Source: Bugula neritina (lineage: Eukaryota; Animalia; Bryozoa). From it: DNA of 64,000 bases. Shown piece by piece: positions 12,501 to 22,321 of the stretch. Numbering within the stretch: the stretch's first letter is position 1; the number at the start of each line of letters is the position of its first letter. Below the pieces are notes generated by a model. The model was not told the DNA's origin. It was given only the letters and a program-made list of their open reading frames with translations, and did not search any database. The DNA lies in assembly GCA_964035545.1 (NCBI GenBank), contig OZ037767.1, forward strand, positions 19,298,628-19,362,627, read 5' to 3'. The position numbers and the translations under genes were made by a program.

Positions 12501-15500
12501 GGAGCGCCAGGCTATGGCCCAGTTGCTGCGCCAGTATGGGGACGTGTTCAGCAGCGGAGACCAGGACGTGGGCTTAACCAAAGCCGTCCGTCACGAGATA
12601 CCGCTAGCTGCCGGGACTTTGCCTATCGGCCAACCCACCCGGAGACTGGGACCAGAGAAGGAGAAGGAGGTCAGCCGACAAGTCCGGGATCTTCTGGACC
12701 GCGGCATCATAGAGCCTGCACATAGTGCGTGGAGCTCGCCGGTCGTCCTGGTCCGGAAGAAAGACGGCAGTTGGCGGTTCTGTGTGGATTACCGCAAACT
12801 TAACAGCGTAACCATACAGGACGCCTACCCTCTACCTCGGATCGATGAATCCCTGGACGCCTTAGCCGGCAGCAAGTACTTCAGTACTTTAGACTTGCTG
12901 AGCGGTTACTGGCAAGTCCCCCTCAGTCCCGACGCCCAGGAAAAAGCGGCGTTCATCACCAGAGACGGGCTGTGGAAGTGGAAGGTACTGCCCTTCGGGT
13001 TAACCTCTGCTCCTGCTACCTTCCAGCGGCTCATGGAACAGGTCCTCAGCGGCCTCCACTGGAAGACGCTGCTCGTCTACCTCGACGACGTCATCGTGAT
13101 CTCCCCAGACTTCGCGACCCACGTCAGTCGTCTGAGGGAGGTCTTCGAACGACTCCGAGGTGCCGGTCTCAAGCTACAACCTTCCAAATGCGCTCTCTTG
13201 CAGCCGGAGGTGAAGTACCTGGGGCACGTAGTCGGCCGTAATGGCGTGGCGACGGACCCCGATAAGGTGCGAGCTGTGGCCGACTGGGTCAGCCCCCAAG
13301 ATTTGACCGGACTCCGGGCTTTCCTGGGGCTGGTAGGGTATTACAGGCAATACATACCAGCCTTTGCGGGAGTTGCACAGCCGTTAAATCGGCTCACCGC
13401 AAAGGGGGTGGCCTGGCAGTGGACATCCGTCGAACAGAGGGCATTTGACAATCTCAAGAGCCGCTTGCTAGAGGCTCCAATTCTGGCCTACCCAGACCCC
13501 GCTCTGGAGTATATCCTTGACACGGACGCCAGTGACCAGAATGTTGGTGCTGTGCTGTCACAAGTGCAAGAGGGCCGTGAAGTAGTCGTAGCTTACTACA
13601 GCAGATCACTCTCACCCCCAGAGCGCAATTACTGCACCACTCGCAAGTAGTTGCTGGCAGTAATCAAGTCAGTGAAACACTTCCGGCCTTATCTCTACGG
13701 TAGGCCGTTCCGCTTGCGGACGGACCACGCCTCTTTGATCTGGCTGTGTAAGAGAGCTGAACCGTCCAGTCAAGTCGCCCGGTGGCTCGAAGTCCTAGCC
13801 GAATTTTCATACCGGATCGAACATCGACCCGGTAAGAAACACGGCAATGCGGACGGACTGAGCCGGCGACCGGACGAGGGGTGCAAACAGTGTCACAACA
13901 TCGAGAGTGGTCCCCCAAGATCCGAGTTGGCGACACTGGACCACCCTGGAGTGAGCTACGACTGGGACCAAGGTCAACTCAAACCAAGGAGTCCTAACCC
14001 ACCGGAGGCTGTCAACAACCTCCGCTCCAACCCTGTCTTAGCTCGTAATGTCAGGGAGCTGCAGAAACTCCCGGAGGACCTCCCTGGGGTGGTAGCCGAC
14101 ATATATTGAGCTAAACGGGAAGGGCGACGACCCAGCGAAGAACAGCTGCGGCAGGGGTGCGCCGAGTTACGGCTGTACTGCCAACGCTGGGACTCTCTGC
14201 GGATCGGGCCAGATGGTCTGCTGACCATCACCTTGGCCGCCGACCAGGGACACCCTGGTCGAGAAAGGGTGATCTGCCCAGCCGCCATATGCCGAGAGCT
14301 AGTATGGGACACCCACCGACAGGCTCACGCCGGAATTCGGAGGGTGCTTACCAAGCTAAGGTTCCGGTGGTATTGGCCCAACATGGAGCGTGACGTCCGC
14401 CTAATGGTCAAGCAATGCGAAGTTTGCCAGGCCAGCAAGCATGGCCGTCTCCCTAGGGAGGCGGGACGGCGCAGGCTCTATGCTGGCAGGCCCTGGCAGG
14501 TGGTAGCTGTTGACTTGGTCGGACCCATGCCCCTCACCCCCAGAGGAAACAGCTGGATCCTGGTGCTGACCGACCACTTCACTAGGTGGGCAGACGCACT
14601 GGCTATTCCAGACGCGTCTGCCCCGACAGTGGCCAGCACACTAGACCAGCGTGTATTCTGCTACTTTGGGTTGCCCGAGCAACTGCACTCGGACCAGGGG
14701 GCGCAATTCCAGTCTCAACTGATGAGCGACCTCTGCCGCCTCTGGGGAGTAAACCAAAGTGGGACCACTCCATACCACCCTCAAGGTAACGGAGTGGTCG
14801 AACGCAACAACCGGATGCTGGGCGACGCACTCCGCAGTCTATTACTCGACCGAGGCCAGGAGGAGTGGGATCTCGTGTTGCCACAGGTTATGAGGGCCTA
14901 TCGCAGTACGCCCCACACCAGCACCGGCGAGACCCCCAACTTCTTGACCCTCGGTCGTGAGACACGAGTGCCCGACCACCTTGCCTATCACATTCCGGAA
15001 CCAGAATACTCTGTCCATGAGTACGCTGGGGAATTGATAGAGCGTCTGAGAGTCGCACACGAAATACTGCGAGATAAGCAGTGGCAGGTGCGACAGCAAG
15101 ACGCTGATGAGCCACCCCTCTACCAGACCGGAGACTGGGTCTGGATGATTAACTACCGTAGGCGTCGAGGACAGGCGGCTAAACTACAGCCTAAGTTTGT
15201 AGGACCCTACGTGGTAGTTGAGGTGATGCCCAATCACACTTACAAGTTGGAGCGGTCTGGACAAATATCTGTCCAGAATGAAGCCCGCTTGAAACCCTAT
15301 TGGGCTAGCCCAGGTGCGGCCGGGAGTGCCCCCCATTGTTAGAGCCCAGGAGGCAGACAGCAATGCGCGGGCGGCGGCGGCATAAACCCAATGATGAGTG
15401 GGTCATGCCGCGGACAGAAGACTTGGCAAGGCAAGAGAGGCCACCTCCCCCAGCGGGGCCACACCCTCTGCCTTCAGAGCCAAGCCGTCCGACCCCAGAG

Positions 15501-18500
15501 CTACCACCACCACTTCCGGAAATAAGTGTACTTCCGGAAGTGCAAAACCCCCACACGGGAGGGGCTCCGTCCGAAGAGAACAGAGGGGAAGAAAGGATAA
15601 CGGCTGACGGGAGGCAGAAAACACCACCAGTGGGGAATAACAACCCACTGGTGAGTACACCACCTCCCTCACCGGCTACACCACCTTCCCCGGCGTCTAC
15701 CACTAGTACATCTCCCCTCCTTGAAAGGGGACAACGTACTAGAAGACCCCCAGCTTATCTTCAAGACTTCGTATGCGACCGCGTTACAAGCGGCAGGTAT
15801 GAAAGTCCAGCTGGGCGCCGTACGGAAAGACTGGCAGCAAAGCGTGGGAGTTATGAACACCACGGAAAAACCAAGTTTTGCGAAAACGGAATAGCGAGTG
15901 GAATTACCACTCCCCGGGCACACATTTCCGGTCTCGCACCACAAACACGCTGCCCAGCCTTTTCCTACGCCGACGCGGTCAAGAGTAGACGTGCTTTCTA
16001 ATCCATCCACATCCAAGCTTGAACGTCGAGTATGAGTATAAATACCGAGTTCCCAGGTAAGCTTGCTTAGATCTAACACTCCACTAATGGAAATAGATCT
16101 CACCTCAGTCAACTCTGATTTAATCGATCTGATTGAATCACAGTTACTGGAGACAGAGTCACACGTGAATGACGACGAGAACATAGTAATGGCGGACGAT
16201 CTACTAGATCTGGAGCTTGATACTATGTCTCTCAGTCAGTTTACACGTTCTGACACAGTCTCTCGAGTGCCGTATAAAAAGATGCATGACTCTCAGACTA
16301 GTAACAGTCGATTGTCATCAGAATTATGCTGTAAAGATCAAACTCGATCTAACAATAATTCTGCTCTTTTAGACGCCACTCGCTCTCCCAACTACGGAGA
16401 CATGCCACCATTAGAACTGGCCTGGAACGGTGAGACACCTCCTACATCCCTACCAGATGTGCTACTTAAACAACATAGCTGGGTCGCACCAGAGACAGAA
16501 AGACTGATTCAACTACACCGCGGCCATGACGGATGCACCACCTGCAGGCTGTGTCAGCAGCACTTCTCCACCCATCGCCGTTTGCGCGTCCACGTACCGC
16601 AACACTTCCTAACTACTCTCTGTCCCTGTGGTGAATATAGTTACCACAGGGACTACATCCTCAGACATCAGCGCACTATGGACTGCCATGTGGGACACTT
16701 GTACGATGTAGACCAATACAACTTCCCCACCTTCCTCAATCTGATCAAACCTTTCATTAAGGATCTCCCCCGCTTTGAACGACTCAAACACGGATTCCCC
16801 TCACCTCGCATCATCACTCATGGACCCTGCCCAAGACCCCCCAGACACCAGAGACCTACCAAGCCACCTCACTCTCCTCCCGCACAGACTGTGCTTCGTC
16901 CCTCTACCCTACCTCGAGTCCTACTCCACAGAGTCGAGATACCTCAGAAACGGCGTTCCCCCTCCCCAACCTCTATACAACCCTCTTCTAAACGCCGCTG
17001 GAAACCCTCTTCCCCAAGACGGCAGGCTCCCGCAGCTCGCAATATAAAAGAAGTCGAGCTCCGCATGTACGATTTGGAAGCGGAAATTCAACGGTTAACC
17101 CCCAGAGTTGCTGCAGCCGCCTCCGAGATGAGGACTCTTAAAGCTTCCGTGGCCCTCCTCAAACGGAGCGACCAAGACTGATGGTAGCAGTATCCTCCCT
17201 CTTCACTCCTCTGACTATCCACACCTGCAGGTGGTGACGACCTCTCTCTCTCCGTTCCTCCCCTCCTCTGACCGTCTCTAATCGGTGCTGCACGATCTCC
17301 GTATATGTGATTGTATTATTCTGTTTTATTATTATTATATTTTTCTTAGGTCAGCATAATTTTGCTCAATAGTGTATAAACTCTTTTGGAGATGTCCACC
17401 TTACGTGATGTTCAGATCTTATATTTTTTTTTGGTTTTTTTTATGTAATAAATTGTTTTATTTTTTTTGTTATATTTTTTTTGGGGTGCATATCAGGAAG
17501 GTATGCTTCCTGCTGGGGGGAGGCGGTGTAATGGGGCGTGGTTTATGTCTCATGCGTATCCCCCTGCCAATCAGAGAGTGATTGGCAACTATTGGATGAA
17601 GCCAAGCAGAACAATTTATTAGTTAGTTAGCGTATACTTACCGTGATGTAAAGTAGCCTTGTGCTAATACTTATAGAGATTTTTACGCCATATTTTACAG
17701 TTTTATAATAAAGTCTTACACACGAAAATATCAGTGAATTGCTTGTGACTAGATGCAGATTGCTCACTAGAAAGCCCACACAAACATTGTGCTTCGCACA
17801 ACACTAGATTGAAAATTTAAATTGAATGTATTGGAGCAAACTACAACTTGAAACAAAAAAAACCAAAATTGCAGCAAGAAAAGAAAGCTTGAAATAGATG
17901 CTTTATTCAGCTCAGTCTTTGCATGCCTAACATATTTTTTGATTGCTCAGAACAACATTAAGTTTTGTTCAACTGGTAGCAGCATAAATGCAAGAAAATG
18001 TATACCTGTTAGATGTTAACCTGAAACGATATTTTTTAAATGAAAGTATCAAAAAGAAAGTTTAGTAAACTTTACAATCTTCAACACAGTGCATTCATGT
18101 TGCTATATTATTTGGATTCGATTGTGTATACAAATGGTTTTGTTGTTTGTTGCAAACTCTTCAACTTACTGTGCTGCTAAACTTTCACTATATCACCTAT
18201 TTATGCCACACACATTCTTCCTATACAACCTATTTATGCCACACACATTCTTCCTATACAACCTATTAATGCCACACACATTCTTCCTATACAACCTATT
18301 TATGCCACACACATTTTTACTATACAACCTATTCAGCCAGCATACACAAAGTTAACTCCTGCACTTCTGTTTTTCATTCCTCTTTTCCTACTTTCAGAAT
18401 TAAAATTTTGAATTTTTAAAATTTGAATTTTGTGATTTATGTACTAATCTTTTGCTAAAATTTTTATATATGAAACAAGTAATAGTTCTAATTTTTTGTA

Positions 18501-20821
18501 ATTCAGTTTGTTCCTTTTTTCTGTTTACTTTTATTTTATGCTCATTTCTTCTGTTCTTCATGGGATAAGTTTTAGAAGTGAAACCCATATTTAAACTGTA
18601 ATTCAAATACTCTAGGATTAGATTATTTTTATTTCTAATCAACATGAATATAAATTATCAGTAAATCGCCAAGTGATTAAAATTTTGGTTATGTTTGAAG
18701 GGGCCAGTTCAGGTATAGGACGGGCAACTGCTGTTCATTTTGCATCTCTTGGTTCGAAATTAGTTCTTTCTGGTAGAAAGGAAAACGCTTTGCAAGTAAG
18801 CTGTCTAATTTTTTACTTGTCAGCTATTACTATGATTACCCAATATTTATCTTATAACTGTATTTCATGCTGTTTTATTTTGTTATTAGTTTCCATAAAA
18901 TGCTTAAGGTTATTTCAGTTATACCTTATCATTTGAACTTATACACACACACGCACGCACGCACGCATGCATGCACACACATATATTCTATAACATTGCA
19001 ACGTTTCTAGCAAGTGCGATTAAGTTTATACTGTTTAGTAACCAATCATTCTTACAATGTTTAGGAAACTGTGAGTCAGTGTAAAGGAGCTGGTGATATC
19101 ATCACTATAGTTGGAGATCTTACCATTGAATCTGATGTGGTGAGAATTATTGAGAAGGCAACAGAACACTACAAACAGCTGGATGTGTTGGTAAGCTGGT
19201 TTGTTTATAAATAAATATTTCTTCAGCTTTGAACATAGGCTACCGTGAAATAAAGAATTTGCGACATAACATGGGATTCCAGGGAGTAACTCAACATTCT
19301 GTCCCAGGGGTCATGTGCTATATTCTACTTCATGTGTTACTAAAAGCTCATACCTATTGATAGTAATTTTCGTTGTAAAATGCATATTCTACGATGTAGA
19401 CAAATGTCTCCAAAAAGCCTAATTAACTTATTTTAGCATGATAAAAGAAAAATTTCAAAGTTTATCACGTAATAATGAAGCACTCTTACTGTTCTGTATC
19501 ATTTATTTATTTTTCTGGTACAGTAGTGTTAAAATTACCCAATAGATCCAGTGGTGTAATGTTTAGCGCTCCTGCTTACAAGCTGGAGGTTTCGGTTTTG
19601 AATCCCAGTGAGGGCAGAAGTTTTATAGTGACATAACTTTAAAATATGAATGCTTGTAGGAAACTATGTTCAGTTTTGTTTTGTGTTTAGGTAAACAATG
19701 CAGGAATATTGGACTTTGGTGGTATTGAGTCGAGTTCATTAGAGCAGTTTGATTCTATAATGGGCACAAACGTGAGAGCCGTGTACCATATAACCATGCT
19801 GGCTGTTCCACACCTCATAGCAACTAAAGGTGCCATTGTCAACGTGTCTAGTATCTCGGGTATGGTTGGCTCATCTAGAAGTCTTGCATACTCCATGTCA
19901 AAGTCCATGATTGATCAATTCACCAGATGTGTTGCCTTAGACTTGGCTCCCAAACAAGTGAGAGTCAACAGTGTCAAGTAAGAAAATATATTGCTACCCG
20001 AAAAATTATTTCTTTTTAATTTTCTTTTTTGCTTTAAATAATTATGTTACATAATTCATTGATTACAGAATTATCACTCTTTTGTGATGCTACTTTGTAA
20101 AAAATATGTTGAATTTATTGCAAGTTATGTTCTCAGAGTTTCTTTTTTGTGAATAAAAAGTTGTAAATGCTTTGCAACTATTGCAATTTGAAATAGACAT
20201 TATTTGCTGAGCTGTGTGACATTTGTTTTGTAGTCCTGGGATAATTCTTACAGAAATGGTGAGAAATTTTGTACCTGCGGAGCATCTTGATGCAGTGAGT
20301 ATTTTTCCTTTTTAACTTCCAAATTCCAATTACTCACGAAATATTCATTCATTCAATATTCATTCATTCTACTCATAACCACAAAGTATATCAGTATATC
20401 TTGCTATCTCAGCCATTGGATTTTTATAATACATGATGTTTATTTACTTGTTCACTGATGAATAATTATTGTGTTGTGAGTTTTAGTGAGTAATTTTAAA
20501 AGGTAACACATCTGAGTTTTGTATACATTTCAAGTTACACAATTTCAAAATAGCATTGCATTTTGGTTAAAGTTAAACCAATAGTTTGATTATAGTTTTG
20601 AATTTTTTCTCATTAGTTTTCATGAAGCATGATATTTATTACATAATTTTCTCTTCACTTAGTTTATGCGAGAAACATACAAAGTTTATCCACTCGGCAA
20701 GGTAGCTGAGGCTGCAGATGTGGCAAAGATGATAGCGTTTTTAGCGAGTAGTGAATGCAGTTTTACTACCGGAACTAGAAACACTGTGGATAGCGGCTTC
20801 CATGTTGCATGTCCTCGTTAA
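9540..20821 (+). CDS. Classical short-chain dehydrogenase/reductase (FabG-like), 6 exons; intron 1 contains an LTR retrotransposon
   Basis: Exons 9540-9582, 18701-18795, 19065-19190, 19691-19977, 20234-20294 and 20663-20821 join in phase. The product reads MSYPCLKNKVVLITG|ASSGIG (TGxxxGxG), LVNNAG, NVSS, YSMSK (YxxxK), VRVNSVNPG and ends HVACPR*. Confidence 0.9.
10117..10196 (-). mobile_element. tRNA-derived SINE head / tRNA-like relic
   Basis: The minus strand reads TGGTGTAAAGGTTAGC (A-box-like) ... GGTTCGAATCTC (B box) and resembles the copy at 19545. Confidence 0.6.
10374..10650 (+). repeat. 5' LTR
   Basis: TGTAATGGGG...GCACAACA. It differs from the 3' LTR at 4 positions by eye, all transitions. 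It contains the inverted CCAAT pair TGCCAATCA-gagag-TGATTGGCA and an AATAAA. Confidence 0.97.
10652..10670 (+). promoter_or_regulatory. Primer binding site complementary to the tRNA-Leu 3' end
   Basis: TGGTGGCAGCGGTGGGATT is the reverse complement of AATCCCACCGCTGCCA-CCA, the 3' end of metazoan tRNA-Leu(AAG/TAG) as I recall it. It starts 1 nt after the LTR. Confidence 0.88.
10703..12577 (+). CDS. Gag-protease ORF of the Gypsy element
   Basis: Capsid-like N-terminus (PTFTGVEDLEQFIEEF...W), aspartic protease motifs FLLDSGC and AILGTPFL. The meaningful frame shifts by -1 to the RT frame near 12420-12440. Confidence 0.88.
   Translation: MTEHTTKHPGGKPANFLHMEEVYRSKLTAPTFTGVEDLEQFIEEFHDVANVAQWPPQVALVKLREVLTERARPFGQGRSVAEIFTTLRSRFGTPALEARARLQVLRQAEGTPLRDHVALVKRLARSAYSDLPEAHRRNFTLIDFMQSLKDVGLCHQLQAKGVTTLESALQVGEDYLRAERLHTGKPESTQVTAEIAQSLGGKMGQLSTRLKQMAKTLTNAGPPNQGQKGKTTRSESNNQPGPPRSRDPQPRKRPHEQKREQPQVSQKPRRTTRPIGRQEPFVLPLTNRFSQLPETKLAGEVPRDIGRELNTPPPKKRRPHTTKRTPRRLTEATHAGEVRLQPHGESYFLPGKVAGKAVTFLLDSGCNTNLLSRRVFDALPAQVRKGLAPYTGEPGTLADGSCIPFYGVVKLPGRVRDQAIQETFILSQLEEDAILGTPFLKRHQCHMDFHKSAILMAGRELSCVDKFGRPLVGGVQVVRNCTVPGRSRATIHCRVNDRQLSGLRVVEGTHQRIQLASSLNRLTDRGEILVQCVNPFSESVTLPFGSLLGRFHTVQEGDIGPSLGEATEGPQERPLYGGGPSRNTSKNYTTQPVKAVRATRSARLWPSCCASMGTCSAAETRTWA
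12430..16001 (+). pseudogene. Disrupted pol (RT, RNase H, integrase)
   Basis: Motifs WRFCVDYRKLN, LPFGL, YLDD, DTDAS, TDHASL, integrase H...H...CEVC and the DDE core. In-frame stops at 13648 (CTTRK*LLAV) and 14107; frameshifts near 12430 and 15330. Confidence 0.92.
16087..17181 (+). CDS. Extra retrotransposon ORF (364 aa from ATG) with C2H2-like zinc fingers and a C-terminal coiled coil
   Basis: Uninterrupted ORF between integrase and PPT, containing CRLCQQHFSTHRRLRVHVPQH and CPCGEYSYHRDYILRHQRTMDCH, an acidic N-terminus, a Pro/Arg-rich linker and a heptad-like C-terminus. Confidence 0.78.
   Translation: MEIDLTSVNSDLIDLIESQLLETESHVNDDENIVMADDLLDLELDTMSLSQFTRSDTVSRVPYKKMHDSQTSNSRLSSELCCKDQTRSNNNSALLDATRSPNYGDMPPLELAWNGETPPTSLPDVLLKQHSWVAPETERLIQLHRGHDGCTTCRLCQQHFSTHRRLRVHVPQHFLTTLCPCGEYSYHRDYILRHQRTMDCHVGHLYDVDQYNFPTFLNLIKPFIKDLPRFERLKHGFPSPRIITHGPCPRPPRHQRPTKPPHSPPAQTVLRPSTLPRVLLHRVEIPQKRRSPSPTSIQPSSKRRWKPSSPRRQAPAARNIKEVELRMYDLEAEIQRLTPRVAAAASEMRTLKASVALLKRSDQD
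17516..17526 (+). promoter_or_regulatory. Polypurine tract
   Basis: GGGGGAGGCGG lies directly before the 3' LTR. Confidence 0.8.
17527..17803 (+). repeat. 3' LTR
   Basis: 277-bp direct repeat of 10374-10650, followed by CTAG. Confidence 0.97.
18194..18331. repeat. 33-bp minisatellite, about 4 copies
   Basis: Unit ACCTATTTATGCCACACACATTCTTCCTATACA. Confidence 0.9.
19545..19630 (+). mobile_element. tRNA-derived SINE head / tRNA-like relic
   Basis: GTGGTGTAATGTTTAGCGC ... GGTTTTGAATCCC (degenerate A and B boxes), homologous to 10117-10196. Confidence 0.6.
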
Positions 20822-22321
20822 CCACCGGCTGCTTATCTCTACCAGTCATTAGTGGTTTCACTATTATATGGCAATCAGTTTCTATACCACATGTCTTGGA
20901 CTGATTAGTGATTGTGAGTTTGTATCGCATTCAACTCATTCACAACCAGTTATCTTTTACAACTAGTTAGCTCTTAGCAGTTATTTTTGACAAGGTTGTA
21001 TCTTTTTTTTTCATAAGCCCTCAAATCAGTTGTTACTTTTTATTTGAAGTTTTTGTTAGGGCTTTCATTATTATATTATAAATAAAACATGCCCTAATAT
21101 TTATGTTCTGGTAATTGTGTTTGTACCTAATCAGAATTTTTTGCATTATATTCACCCCATCTAGTCTTGCAGACTTTACTTTTAGCTTTGAGCTGTTATT
21201 TTGTAGTTTTTTTAAAACAGTCAAATAAATTTATGCTAATATTGACATTATAACTTATGTGTTGAAACAAATGCAAATGTCATACTGCAATGCGACAACA
21301 AAGCATTATATAAAAACATTGAAATCAGAAAAATTATGTTTTCAACAAAATTTACTGTAATTGAACTAAGATTGGCACTCTAGTGCAAGTTTCTTGGTTT
21401 AGCATGCTAGTTGGTTTTTATTTTATGTTTTAAAACCTATAGCTGCTCTACTAACGTATTTTTTTGTTTTTGGGTTCAACATGCGTAAAGAATTTATCTC
21501 TACCTTGTTATATCAAACTTGCAGAGAGTGAATTACTGCCAATTAGAATAGGTTGACAACAACAATCTGCAAGCACACACCCACGCAGTACACATCGAGT
21601 TGGAGTTATATTTCCAATTGTTATTTCGGAAGCATCAGTTTAGTAGCTGTTTTGGCTTGACCAATAACAGTCCGGTATTGCAAAAACAACTATTTTTGCC
21701 ATTAATTACAACTCACAACTCTGCGTAGGCTAATCTGCCGAAAAGAATTTTAATTTGAGAGCTAGGGCTGTACTCATCGGGAATTTTTCTACCCCAAAAC
21801 AACTTCGTGCAATATAAATAACAATATTACTTGCGCTAAGTACCATTAACCTAAATACTATTACTTATGGTACTGTAACAGTAATACTAACTGTAAGTGT
21901 GACTCAAACTGTAAGTCTGCTAATCTTGAGCCTTAGGCCGCTAGTTATTAGTCACAGTGGTACTGATACTCATGCTATCAAAACCAATGTCATACTTACT
22001 CTTTGTATTAGTATTAGTATTAATATTACTATTACTATTACTAGTATTAGTATTACGATAAATTGTGATACTTATAGTTATATTTATATTTTACTAAAAG
22101 TAAATCTAATAGTGTTACTATTAGTATTAGTAATAGCCTACTAATAATATTAATAGGTGTTGTAGTAAAAGCAATTACCATAGCAATAGCTCACACTAAA
22201 TAATGAAGTACTAATTTAAGTAAATGCTATTTAAAATGGTAAATAGTAACTGTCACAATATGAATGGTACTTAGAGTTAGTGCTGTAGTCTCACTTTATC
22301 AATATCGTACTCAGTATAGGC

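Larger units (their letters stand above)
10374..17803 (+). mobile_element. Full-length Ty3/Gypsy LTR retrotransposon (7430 bp)
   Basis: Two 277-bp LTRs (TG...CA), a 4-bp TSD CTAG (10370-10373 and 17804-17807), a PBS, a PPT, and domain order gag-PR-RT-RH-INT. Confidence 0.97.

Noticed and set aside
13648-13650. Possible programmed stop readthrough in pol (also TGA at 14107)
   Set aside because: The TAG replaces the conserved Glu of RNase H (TRKELLA, GAG>TAG) and the TGA is a plausible CGA>TGA decay. With frameshifts also present, simple decay is more likely.
14720-15115. Other CTGATGA heptamers as additional hammerheads
   Set aside because: They lack a stem II-GAAA and matching stems I and III, and lie within integrase coding sequence.
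10858-16184. Numerous antisense and overlapping ORFs within the Gypsy element
   Set aside because: These are expected by-products of GC-rich coding sequence and show no recognisable motifs.
19545-19630. Functional tRNA genes (also 10117-10196 and 26168-26240)
   Set aside because: The boxes are degenerate and I could not build a clean acceptor stem or cloverleaf. They are treated as SINE relics.
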